Of a stretch of DNA of 64,000 nt, positions 25,759-34,752 are shown one piece after another. Source of the DNA: an uncultured Clostridia bacterium. Its GTDB lineage: Bacteria; Bacillota; Clostridia; TANB77; CAG-465. A model generated the notes under the pieces. That model worked only from the letters and a program-made list of their open reading frames with translations, was not told where the DNA came from and searched no databases. Both the position numbers and the translations under genes were made by a program. The stretch lies in the NCBI GenBank assembly GCA_947631415.1, contig CANRLG010000003.1, positions 8,265 through 72,264 on the forward strand, given 5' to 3'. Position 1 is the stretch's first letter; every line of letters begins with the position of its first letter.

Positions 25759-27312
25759 TTAGAATATAATTTTTTTATCTTCGATTTCTTTTATTTTACT
25801 TAATTTTTGATTAATTCTATCAATAGTGTTGCTATCACATTCATCTTTTAAAGTATATAAATGTGCGTATTCTTTTGCTTTATTTAGATAATTAGTATCT
25901 CCAGTATTAATGTATTTTTCAAAGAAAATATAGATTAAATCTTCATAAGCTATAAATATATTATGATTAATACATTCTTCAAGTAATGTTATACTATAAT
26001 CTATATCCTTTGTTATATTTATTTCTGGAATACCATTTTCATAGAAATAGTGTGCTAAATTATATTTTGACCAAAAGCATATAGAATAGATAGTAGCTTC
26101 TGTTGCTTTATTATAACTTTCAAATGCTTTTTTAATGTTTTTTCTTGTTCCTATACCTTCTCTATACATTTGTCCCAATTTATTTAATGCCCAACTTTCA
26201 CCTTGAGAAGCAGAAAGTTTAAAAGTATCAAAAGCTTTTTTATAGTTTCCTTCATCTTCATACATTATTCCAAGATTATTTATAGCATATACATAATTTT
26301 TACTTGAAGCAAATTCAAATAATTTTTTAGCTTTCTTTAAGTCCTTACGAATAAAAGGAACATTACCATATTTGTAAATAGTACCAATACTATTTATTGC
26401 TGAAATACAGTTTAAATGTCTTGCTCTATTAAAATATCTAAAAGCTTTTTTCATATCTTCTCTAGATTTAGTACCAATAAAGCCATTATAATATAAATGT
26501 CCTAATGCCCAAATTGCATTTGGATGATTTTTAGAAGCTGCAATTTTAAAGAAATTATATGCTTCTTGATATCTAGGATATCCAGCCACTTGACCATATA
26601 GCTCAAGAGAGCCCATTTCAAAACAAGCATAAGGATTTTCATGTTTTGCCAGTTCGTGAACGCCACGTATTGACCACAATCCACCTTTTAATTGTACTGT
26701 TACAAAATCTATTGCATCATCTGAGGACACCTCACTAGAATAAAGAAAATCATCTAAAGTATCCATAAATTTATCTTCAATAAATACAGGTTGTTTTTTA
26801 TCTAGTATAACAAAGAATAATATTTCGATGAAAAACTTATATAAGTTTTTAGAGTCTAGTAGTCTTTTTAGTTGAGAAGAGAAATCTTTAGAGACTTCTA
26901 AGTCATTTTTAGAAATGTTATATAATCTAAGACAAACTTTATTAAATTTTTGATTATTATTTATTTCAATAATAGATTTAGCATAATTATCTCTAGTTTT
27001 AAAAATTACTTGACTATCTATTGTAGCAATAATATTTAAAACAATATCATGAAAAATTGTTTCATCTTTTTCATATTTATTTCTCCACTGTACATATATG
27101 CTTTTATATTTAGAATTAATAGCTCTAACTCCTGTACAATAATTATTTACTGTAGTATCTGAAATATTATCTATATTAAAAAGTATACAAAATATTTCAG
27201 ATTGAATAGTAAAATTTTTATTATTTGCTTCTTCTTTTAATATTCTAAATAAATTGCCCAAAGAGAGATGTCTATTGTTATTATTTAGTTTTACATAGTT
27301 TTTCTTATTCAT
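25759..27312 (-). CDS. Sel1/TPR-like repeat protein with probable N-terminal HTH
   Basis: 517 aa with SD AAGGAG. At least five Sel1-type repeats in the C-terminal half (for example AYNFFKIAASKNHPNAIWALGHLYYNG and AFDTFKLSASQGESWALNKLGQMYREG). The N-terminus LGNLFRILKEE...ISDTTVNNYCTGVRAIN resembles an XRE-like HTH. Confidence 0.65.
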   Translation of the reverse strand: MNKKNYVKLNNNNRHLSLGNLFRILKEEANNKNFTIQSEIFCILFNIDNISDTTVNNYCTGVRAINSKYKSIYVQWRNKYEKDETIFHDIVLNIIATIDSQVIFKTRDNYAKSIIEINNNQKFNKVCLRLYNISKNDLEVSKDFSSQLKRLLDSKNLYKFFIEILFFVILDKKQPVFIEDKFMDTLDDFLYSSEVSSDDAIDFVTVQLKGGLWSIRGVHELAKHENPYACFEMGSLELYGQVAGYPRYQEAYNFFKIAASKNHPNAIWALGHLYYNGFIGTKSREDMKKAFRYFNRARHLNCISAINSIGTIYKYGNVPFIRKDLKKAKKLFEFASSKNYVYAINNLGIMYEDEGNYKKAFDTFKLSASQGESWALNKLGQMYREGIGTRKNIKKAFESYNKATEATIYSICFWSKYNLAHYFYENGIPEINITKDIDYSITLLEECINHNIFIAYEDLIYIFFEKYINTGDTNYLNKAKEYAHLYTLKDECDSNTIDRINQKLSKIKEIEDKKIIF

Positions 27313-27375
27313 TTTTTCTCCTTATATAACGGAATTTAGTGTGGATTTTTGCTTTTTAATGTAATTTAATATATG

Positions 27376-27404
27376 TTGCAAAAAGACACGTTATTGCGTA
27401 TAAT
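27376..27404 (+). promoter_or_regulatory. Sigma-A-type promoter candidate for the alr operon
   Basis: TTGCAA, 17-nt spacer, TATAAT, about 115 nt upstream of alr. Confidence 0.5.
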
Positions 27405-27518
27405 TATTATATAATGTAAATTATTATACCATAGTATAAGGAAAAAATCAAAAAAGTGGCTAAAAATACATATTTATAACTACTTTTTAAATAGTGTGAA
27501 AAAAGTGAGGATTTTTGT

Positions 27519-28583
27519 ATGAAAGCAAGGTTATATATTAATAGTGAAAATTTAAAGTCCAATATTGAAAATATACAGAAAATAATAGATAATAAAGATA
27601 TAATTGCAATGGTAAAAGCAAATGCTTATGGTGCAGGAGATAAAGAAGTAGTAACAATTCTTAGTAATATAGGTATAAGAAGCTTTGGAGTTGCAAATAT
27701 AGATGAAGCATTGCGAGTAAGAAAAATAACTCAAAATTCTATGATACTAATTACTTGTGTAACGGTTGGAGATGAAATTAAAGAAGCAATAGAAAACGAT
27801 ATTTCAATGTCTGTTTCAGATATAGAAAATATTGATGAAATCGAAAAAATAGCATCTCAAACTCATAAAAAAGCAAAAGTGCATATTAAAATAGATACTG
27901 GTATGACAAGACTTGGCTTTGAATTAGATGAAATAGAAAAGTTGAAAAATAAAATACCTTCATATAAAAATATAGAATTTGAAGGAATATATACTCATCT
28001 TTCTTGTGCTGATGTAGATGAAGAATTTACAAAACAACAGATTGATGATTTTGAAAAAGTAGTAGAAAATTTAAAGAATATAACAGATTTTAAATTTATA
28101 CATTTTTTAAATTCAGATGGAACATTTAAGTATTCACATTATAATACAAATTACACTCATGTAAGAGTTGGAATTGTTATGTATGGATATGGATATAACT
28201 TAAAACCTATATTAAAACTAACAGCACCTATTATTCACATTACTTCTGTTAAGAAGTATTCAAGAGTAGGATATGGTGGAATATCTGTGGTAAAACCAGG
28301 TCAAAAAGTTGCTGTTATTAAAATAGGATATGCAGATGGGTTATCACGAAGTTTATCTAATAAAATAACTGTTAAAGTCAATGGCAAAGAAGTTAATCAA
28401 ATAGGAAATATTTGCATGGATATGACAATGGTTGATGTTACAGGACTTGATGTTAATGTATCAGATGAAGTAGAAGTGTTTGGTTATGATACAGATTTAG
28501 TACAATTTGCTAAACAAAGTGGTAAAATAGTATATGAAGTAATATCTAATTTAGGAGAAAGAATAGAAAGAGTAATAGAGTAG
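27519..28583 (+). CDS. alr: Alanine racemase
   Basis: PLP-lysine motif AMVKANAYGAG plus the conserved C-terminal barrel motifs (GYADG, ICMDM). Confidence 0.9.
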   Translation: MKARLYINSENLKSNIENIQKIIDNKDIIAMVKANAYGAGDKEVVTILSNIGIRSFGVANIDEALRVRKITQNSMILITCVTVGDEIKEAIENDISMSVSDIENIDEIEKIASQTHKKAKVHIKIDTGMTRLGFELDEIEKLKNKIPSYKNIEFEGIYTHLSCADVDEEFTKQQIDDFEKVVENLKNITDFKFIHFLNSDGTFKYSHYNTNYTHVRVGIVMYGYGYNLKPILKLTAPIIHITSVKKYSRVGYGGISVVKPGQKVAVIKIGYADGLSRSLSNKITVKVNGKEVNQIGNICMDMTMVDVTGLDVNVSDEVEVFGYDTDLVQFAKQSGKIVYEVISNLGERIERVIE

Positions 28584-28591
28584 GTGATTTT

Positions 28592-29359
28592 TTGAAAATA
28601 AATATAGATAATATTGATGTAAATTATATAGAAGAAGGCGTGGACTCAAATTATACAATATTGTTACTTCATGGTTGGGGAGTAGAAATTGAAACATATA
28701 GACCTTTAATAGATGAATTAAAAAAGAATTTTAAGGTATATGCTTTAGATTTTCCAGGATTTGGTAAAACTCCTAATCCACCAGAAACATATAGTGTTGA
28801 AGATTATTCAAAATTAACACTTGAGTTTATAGAAAAACTAGATTTAAAAAATGTTGTACTTATTGGTCATTCTTTTGGTGGTAGAGTAATAATTAAGCTA
28901 GTAGCTAAACTTGGATATGAACCAAAGAAAATTATTTTAATGGATAGTGCAGGTGTAAAACCAAAAAGAAGTGTTGGTTTTCATATCAAGACTAATATAT
29001 ATAAAGTAGCAAAGAAGATACTAAAATTAGTGCTTGGTGAAAATAAATCACAAAAAATAGTAGATAATTTTAGAAAAAAGAGAGGCTCAGCAGATTATAT
29101 AGCAGCAGATGAAACAATGAAAAAAGTATTTAAAACAGTAGTAAATGAGGATTTAGTACCATACTTTGAAGATATAACAATGCCAACACTTTTAATATGG
29201 GGAGAACTTGATGCAGATACTCCATTAAGTGATGCTAAATTAATGGAAAGTAAAATGAAAAACGCAGGACTTGTAGTTGTTAAAGGAGCAGGACATTATA
29301 GTTTCTTAAATAACTTAAATCAAGTGGTAGTAGTTATAAATAAATTTTTAGAAAGGTAG
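28592..29359 (+). CDS. Alpha/beta-fold hydrolase
   Basis: TTG start after SD AGGTGA. Contains LLHGWG, the nucleophile elbow GHSFGG, and a C-terminal GAGHY. Confidence 0.8.
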   Translation: MKINIDNIDVNYIEEGVDSNYTILLLHGWGVEIETYRPLIDELKKNFKVYALDFPGFGKTPNPPETYSVEDYSKLTLEFIEKLDLKNVVLIGHSFGGRVIIKLVAKLGYEPKKIILMDSAGVKPKRSVGFHIKTNIYKVAKKILKLVLGENKSQKIVDNFRKKRGSADYIAADETMKKVFKTVVNEDLVPYFEDITMPTLLIWGELDADTPLSDAKLMESKMKNAGLVVVKGAGHYSFLNNLNQVVVVINKFLER

Positions 29360-29368
29360 GAGGATTAT

Positions 29369-30952
29369 ATGACACAAACGTTAATTGTTATTGCATATTT
29401 TTCTGCTTTGGTACTTGTAGCTGTAAATATAGATAAATATATGCATATTTTTCAACAATCGTTTTATGAGTATGATGAATTTTTTCCAGCTCTGAAAACG
29501 ACTAGGTCACTTAAAGGTGGCATTTATGAAGCATTAATATTTATAGTAAGTATACTTTGTATTTTTAATCCATATTTTTTATATCTTTTAATTGTTACAA
29601 ATTTATTTGTTGCAATAACTAATATAAATAATAGACCTGTTGCAAAGAAGAAATTTGTATATACAAGTAGAGTTAAAATAACTTATGCAATTATTGCACT
29701 TGTACTTTTAATTACAGTTTTGGGTGTATTTAATATTGGAAAACTTGAATATAGTGAATTAGTGCTTGTACCACTTTCATTATTTAAGTACTTTTCTGTA
29801 TTTATGATATTATTTGGAAATTTCTTAGCACAACCTATTTTGAAATTAACAAATAGAAGATATATTAAAGAGGCAAAAGAGATAATAAATTCAAATAGTA
29901 AGATGAAAATAATAGGAATTACAGGAAGTTATGGAAAAACATCAACAAAAAATATTGTTACAGCTTTATTAGAACAAAAATTTATTACTGTAATGACACC
30001 TAAAAGCTATAATACCACTCTTGGTGTAGTAAAGACTATAAGAGAAGAAATAAAACCTTATACAGAAGTGTTTGTTTGTGAAATGGGAGCAGCACGTTTA
30101 GGAGAAATAAAACAAATATGTCAAATTGCTCAACCAGATATTTCAGTTATAACTTCAATAGGACCACAACATTTAACATCATTTAAAACAATGGATAATA
30201 TACAAAAAGGAAAATTTGAAATTGTAACTTATGCTAAACCAGATGCAATGGCTATTTTGAATGTAGATAATAACTATATTAAAGATGGAATAGAAAAATA
30301 TGCTAAAGATAAAGAAGTTATAGAATATAGCTTAAATGGAGATACTAGATATAAAGTAGAAAATATAGAAATGTCAGATAAAGGTAGTGTTTTTGATATC
30401 GTAGAAGAAGGATATAAAATAACAGTTGAAACTAAACTTTTAGGTATACACAATATATATAATATTGTATGTGCAGTTGCTATTGCTCGTGAATTGGGTA
30501 TGACAAATGAGGAAATTAGAAAAGGAATAAAGAAAATTAAACCAGTTGAACATAGACTAGAATTAAAGATAATGGGTGGAGTTCTAGCATTAGATGACTC
30601 ATTTAATTCTAATCCAGAAGGTTCTAAAGCAGCTATAGAAACATTATGTATGTTTAAAGATAAATATAAAGTAATGGTAACACCAGGTATGATAGAACTT
30701 GGAGAAAAAACAGATGAACTAAATGAAAAATTTGGTGAATATGCTTCATCTTTAGATTTTGTAATACTTGTTGGTAAGATTACTACAAAAGCCATAGTAA
30801 AAGGACTAAAAAATAAAGGTTTTGAAAATTATATAATTGTTGAAGATATATATGATGCATTTGAAAAATTAAAGGAAATGCGAGTTAGTCATCAAAATTT
30901 AATTGCATTATTTGAGAATGATTTACCAGATAGCTATATAGAAAGGAAGTAA
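29369..30952 (+). CDS. MurF-like Mur ligase with a polytopic membrane N-terminal region instead of the usual N-domain
   Basis: The first 170 aa or so contain 4-5 hydrophobic segments. These are followed by the P-loop GITGSYGKTSTK, CEMGAARLGEI, SIGPQHL, LLGIHNIYN, DDSFNSNPEGS and PGMIELGE, which are MurF-type central and C-terminal motifs. Confidence 0.7.
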   Translation: MTQTLIVIAYFSALVLVAVNIDKYMHIFQQSFYEYDEFFPALKTTRSLKGGIYEALIFIVSILCIFNPYFLYLLIVTNLFVAITNINNRPVAKKKFVYTSRVKITYAIIALVLLITVLGVFNIGKLEYSELVLVPLSLFKYFSVFMILFGNFLAQPILKLTNRRYIKEAKEIINSNSKMKIIGITGSYGKTSTKNIVTALLEQKFITVMTPKSYNTTLGVVKTIREEIKPYTEVFVCEMGAARLGEIKQICQIAQPDISVITSIGPQHLTSFKTMDNIQKGKFEIVTYAKPDAMAILNVDNNYIKDGIEKYAKDKEVIEYSLNGDTRYKVENIEMSDKGSVFDIVEEGYKITVETKLLGIHNIYNIVCAVAIARELGMTNEEIRKGIKKIKPVEHRLELKIMGGVLALDDSFNSNPEGSKAAIETLCMFKDKYKVMVTPGMIELGEKTDELNEKFGEYASSLDFVILVGKITTKAIVKGLKNKGFENYIIVEDIYDAFEKLKEMRVSHQNLIALFENDLPDSYIERK

Positions 30953-30957
30953 TTATT

Positions 30958-32154
30958 ATGAAGACAGTCGTAGGTGTATTTTTTGGAGGAAAAAGTGTTG
31001 AACATGAGGTTTCAATTATTTCTGCTTTACAGGTAATTGAAAATTTAGACCATGAAAAGTATGAGGTAGTTCCAGTATATATTTCTAAGGATAATAGATT
31101 TTATACTTCTGAGCTTTTAACAAGAGTAGAAGAATTTAGAGATATAGAAAATGTAAAAAGAATAGCAAATGAAGTATATTTTACTCACGAAAATTCTAAA
31201 ATGGTATTAAATTCAAAAGGTGGATTATTTAGAAAAAAACTTGCAAAACTAGATATTGTATTTCCAGTAGTACATGGACTTAATGTAGAAGATGGAACAT
31301 TAGAAGGCTTTTTGGAAATGTTTAATGTACCATACGTTGGACCAGATGTTTGTGCTTCTGCAGTTGGTATGAATAAAATAATATTTAAAAAAGTACTCGA
31401 AGCATCTAATATTCCTGTTATTGAATATGAAACACTTAACGTTAGTGAATTTGAGGAAGATGTAGATAAAGCTTACGAAAAAATAATGAAAAAATTATCT
31501 TTACCAATAATCGTAAAACCTGCAAATCTTGGGTCTAGTGTTGGAATAGAAGTAATTAAAACACAAGAAGAATTTAAAGAAAAAATGGAAAATGTTTTTG
31601 CTTTTTGTGAAAATGTTTTAATAGAAAGATGTGTTACAAACTTAAGAGAAATAAACTGTTCTGTAATTGGAAATTATGCTTCACAAGAAGTTTCAGTACT
31701 TGAAGAACCAATTAAGAATGATGAGATATTAAGTTATAAAGACAAATATATGGGAGATGGAGCAAAAGGAGCAAAATTAGGTGCTAAATCTACAAAATTT
31801 GGTGGAACTAAAGGCTCAGGAATGGCATCACTTTCTAGAAAAATACCAGCAGAACTAGAAAAAGAACAAGAAGAAAGTATATATAATTATGCAAAAGAAA
31901 CTTTTAAAATTTTAAATTGTGAGGGAATTTCTAGAATAGATTTTATATTAGATGGAGATAATAATAAAATATATGTAAATGAAATTAATACAATTCCAGG
32001 CTCATTATCATATTACTTGTGGAGTGCAAAAGGAGTTGAATTTAGTGATTTACTAGATAAAGCAATTAGATATGCTATTAAAAGACAAGAAAGAAGAAGT
32101 AAAATTACATATTCAACAGATGTTAATATTTTAAATATGACAGCTAAAAAATAG
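30958..32154 (+). CDS. ddl: D-alanine--D-alanine ligase family protein with Gly/Lys-rich insertion
   Basis: N-terminal VFFGGKSVEHEVS and an ATP-grasp core (IVKPANLGSSVGI, VNEINTIPG). About 25 extra residues (GDGAKGAKLGAKSTKFGGTKGSGMAS) lie between the KDKYM and IPAEL motifs. Confidence 0.85.
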   Translation: MKTVVGVFFGGKSVEHEVSIISALQVIENLDHEKYEVVPVYISKDNRFYTSELLTRVEEFRDIENVKRIANEVYFTHENSKMVLNSKGGLFRKKLAKLDIVFPVVHGLNVEDGTLEGFLEMFNVPYVGPDVCASAVGMNKIIFKKVLEASNIPVIEYETLNVSEFEEDVDKAYEKIMKKLSLPIIVKPANLGSSVGIEVIKTQEEFKEKMENVFAFCENVLIERCVTNLREINCSVIGNYASQEVSVLEEPIKNDEILSYKDKYMGDGAKGAKLGAKSTKFGGTKGSGMASLSRKIPAELEKEQEESIYNYAKETFKILNCEGISRIDFILDGDNNKIYVNEINTIPGSLSYYLWSAKGVEFSDLLDKAIRYAIKRQERRSKITYSTDVNILNMTAKK

Positions 32155-32164
32155 TATAAGAGGG

Positions 32165-32192
32165 GAGTTCACAAATAAAGTGGACTCTTTTT
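32165..32192 (+). terminator. Rho-independent terminator after ddl
   Basis: GAGTTCAC / GTGGACTC stem (one G-U pair) followed by a T5 run. Confidence 0.7.
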
Positions 32193-32289
32193 CAATTAAT
32201 TAAGAATTAAGTTTTATATAATTTTATTTTTTTCATCTTCACAAAAAAATGAATTTAGTATATAATGAGAATATCTTAGGAGAAAATGT

Positions 32290-33918
32290 ATGAAAGAGAG
32301 AGCTTTTGTAATAATTAAGTGTTTAGTAATGTTATTAATTGCAATGGCATTATTTTGCATTGTTAAAATAGAAACATATTCTATTAATACAAATAGAACA
32401 TCAAGACTTGTTGTATATGGGGATAATGTGGATAAAAGTTATGCTCCATTTATAGAAAATGATAGTATTTATATAAGTTTTGATACTGTACAAGATTTTA
32501 TTGATAGTGATGTATTTTTAGATACTTCCTCAAATAAAGTAATAATTACAAATGAAGATTTTGTATATAAATTATCTGAAAATTCAATTTCTAAAAATTT
32601 ACAGCCTATTACTTCAAATAATGTAATCAAATTTATAGATGAAGAACCTTATATAGATGTATCAATACTTAAAGATATATATAACATAAAATGTGAATAT
32701 GAAGAAGATACAGATACAGTATCTATAGATAACAAAACTAATAGTGATTTGAAACTAAATTACAATGAAGTAAGACTTTATAGTGATATTAGGACAGATT
32801 CAGATATTATTGAAGTACTAAATACAGAAAACACTGTAGTTGTTTATACAGAAAGTTTAAATCATAGTAGATGGTACAAAGTAAAAAGTGATAGTGGAAA
32901 AATAGGATATATAGAAAAAGCTGCAGTTACAATTAAAGATGAAGTAGAGTCAGAGGAAAACACACCAAATGTTGAAGAAAATGTAGAGAAGAAGATAATG
33001 TTTTGGCAATATGGCAGTAAACTAGATACACTTGGAGACAAAATTGATGGTGTAGATGTTGCTATGCCTACATGGTTTAAATTAGCTAGTAGTGATGGCT
33101 CTGTTGAAATTAATTATGACAGAGATTATTACCAAAAAGCAAAACAAAATGGATATGAGCTATATCCAATAATTAGTAATAATTATGATTCAACTGAAAT
33201 TGACTCAAAAGAGTTAACAAGTGATACTTTAAAAAATGAACAATCTAGGGAAAATTTATTAAGAAATATATTAGATATTGTAGAAGATTATGACCTTGAA
33301 GGTATTAATGTAGATTTTGAAAATATGAATGAAGTAGATAAAGATTATTATACTCAATTCTTAAAAGAACTACATCCATTACTAAGAGAAAAAGGTAAAA
33401 TCTTATCTGTAGATGTGTATTTTACAAATTATATTGATAGAACAGCAGTAGGAAAAGTAGTAGATTACTTTATGTTAATGGGATACGACCAAAGAGGTAA
33501 TTGGTCACAAAATCCTGGCTCTATATCTGAACTACCTTGGGTTGAAAAAAATGTAAAATCTTTAATAGAAGATTCAAATATAGATCCTCAAAAAATTATA
33601 CTTGGTATTCCTTTCTATACAAGACTTTGGGAGATAGACTCTGATGGTGAACTTAGCTCACAAACTCTTAGTCTTGGACAATGTCAAAGAACACTTGAAA
33701 GTTACAATTTATCCACTACTTATGATGAACAATCTGGACAAAATTATGTTTCATATTTAGATGGTGGAAGTACATATAAATTATGGGTAGAAGATGCAGA
33801 CTCTGTTTCTGCAAGAACTGAATTAGTAAATAAATATAATTTGGGTGGAGTAACAGCTTGGCAAAAAGGATTAGCTACAGATGAAATATGGGAAGTAATA
33901 AAAAATGTAATAAATTAA
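32290..33918 (+). CDS. Glycoside hydrolase family 18, spore-peptidoglycan-hydrolase type (YaaH/SleL/YdhD-like)
   Basis: Catalytic motif GINVDFENM. The C-terminal TIM-barrel region ends in GGVTAWQKG. The N-terminus has a TM/signal segment, a stalk domain and an SH3b-like segment (RWYKVKSDSGKIGYI). Confidence 0.75.
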   Translation: MKERAFVIIKCLVMLLIAMALFCIVKIETYSINTNRTSRLVVYGDNVDKSYAPFIENDSIYISFDTVQDFIDSDVFLDTSSNKVIITNEDFVYKLSENSISKNLQPITSNNVIKFIDEEPYIDVSILKDIYNIKCEYEEDTDTVSIDNKTNSDLKLNYNEVRLYSDIRTDSDIIEVLNTENTVVVYTESLNHSRWYKVKSDSGKIGYIEKAAVTIKDEVESEENTPNVEENVEKKIMFWQYGSKLDTLGDKIDGVDVAMPTWFKLASSDGSVEINYDRDYYQKAKQNGYELYPIISNNYDSTEIDSKELTSDTLKNEQSRENLLRNILDIVEDYDLEGINVDFENMNEVDKDYYTQFLKELHPLLREKGKILSVDVYFTNYIDRTAVGKVVDYFMLMGYDQRGNWSQNPGSISELPWVEKNVKSLIEDSNIDPQKIILGIPFYTRLWEIDSDGELSSQTLSLGQCQRTLESYNLSTTYDEQSGQNYVSYLDGGSTYKLWVEDADSVSARTELVNKYNLGGVTAWQKGLATDEIWEVIKNVIN

Positions 33919-33940
33919 TGTAATAAAAAAATAATAAAGG

Positions 33941-33971
33941 AGATAAATGCGTGAATTTATCTTCTTTTTTT
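33941..33971 (+). terminator. Rho-independent terminator
   Basis: AGATAAAT / ATTTATCT stem followed by a T-run. Confidence 0.75.
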
Positions 33972-34064
33972 AAGTTATTAATAATTTTTGTAATATTTAT
34001 TTAATTGATTATGAATTTTTATTATGTTACTATTTTAACAAATAAAGAAGTAGGAGAAGATGCT

Positions 34065-34562
34065 ATGTATTATACAACAAGTAAAAATTCATTAGAAACT
34101 AATTTTAGTTCTAACGTTTCAAGAGAATATAGTAATGTTGAATATACTCAAATAGAAAATGAGAAGAAAGATAAAAATAATATTTTACTTATGAGTGCCA
34201 TAGGTGGTGTTATGGGCTTTTTAGTAGTTACTATTATAGTTGTTATTAATTTGTTTATTGGGGTAGGAAATAATCATATAAATGATAAAGTTGTAGCTTC
34301 AAATGAAGAAGATACAGCAGTTGTAATAGACGAAGATAAAAATAAGGCAGATGTAGAAAAAATAATAATTAAGGATATTGAAAACAAAAAAGGAGAATAT
34401 TATGCAACAGATATTCAGTCTATAGAAGCGATTTTTGAAAGAAAATATAATAATATTATAAATACAAAAGAAATTTCTAGAAAATTAACTCTAGTTAATA
34501 CTAAAGTTAATGAACAAAATTTAGTTACTTTTGTACCAATGTATAAAATTAAGACAGGTTAA
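34065..34562 (+). CDS. Hypothetical single-pass membrane protein
   Basis: ATG 34065 is 7 nt after SD AGGAGA. Central TM helix ILLMSAIGGVMGFLVVTIIVVINLFIG. The track TTG start at 34005 has no SD. Confidence 0.5.
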   Translation: MYYTTSKNSLETNFSSNVSREYSNVEYTQIENEKKDKNNILLMSAIGGVMGFLVVTIIVVINLFIGVGNNHINDKVVASNEEDTAVVIDEDKNKADVEKIIIKDIENKKGEYYATDIQSIEAIFERKYNNIINTKEISRKLTLVNTKVNEQNLVTFVPMYKIKTG

Positions 34563-34593
34563 ATACACAGATATATAATTATGTTATTTTAAT

Positions 34594-34626
34594 ACTCTAA
34601 GTATATATGTACTTAGGGTATTTTTT
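34594..34626 (+). terminator. Rho-independent terminator
   Basis: ACTCTAAGTA / TACTTAGGGT stem followed by a T6 run. Confidence 0.7.
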
Positions 34627-34687
34627 CGTCTAAAAGAGAAAGTTTGAAAAAAATTAAAGATTTTGATAACTTTGAGTAGCTTTTTGT

Positions 34688-34716
34688 TTTACAAATCGCC
34701 CAAAGTATAGTATAAT
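34688..34716 (+). promoter_or_regulatory. Sigma-A-type promoter candidate for the SNF2 helicase gene
   Basis: TTTACA, 17-nt spacer, TATAAT. Confidence 0.5.
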
Positions 34717-34752
34717 ATAGCGTATGGATAACGTAAAACAGGAGATGAAAAA

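Noticed and set aside
27373-27414. A 13-codon ORF (MLQKDTLLRIIII) upstream of the HTH-Sel1 gene, as a candidate RRNPP-type signalling pro-peptide.
   Set aside because: It has no SD and overlaps the alr promoter boxes. The sequence is not secretion-signal-like, and an ORF this short in AT-rich DNA is expected by chance.
27519-32154. Vancomycin-resistance (van) cluster interpretation of the racemase plus ligase plus MurF-like operon.
   Set aside because: There is no VanH/VanX/VanY-type gene and no VanRS pair. The racemase is a soluble Alr type rather than a membrane VanT, and the ligase keeps Ddl-like motifs.
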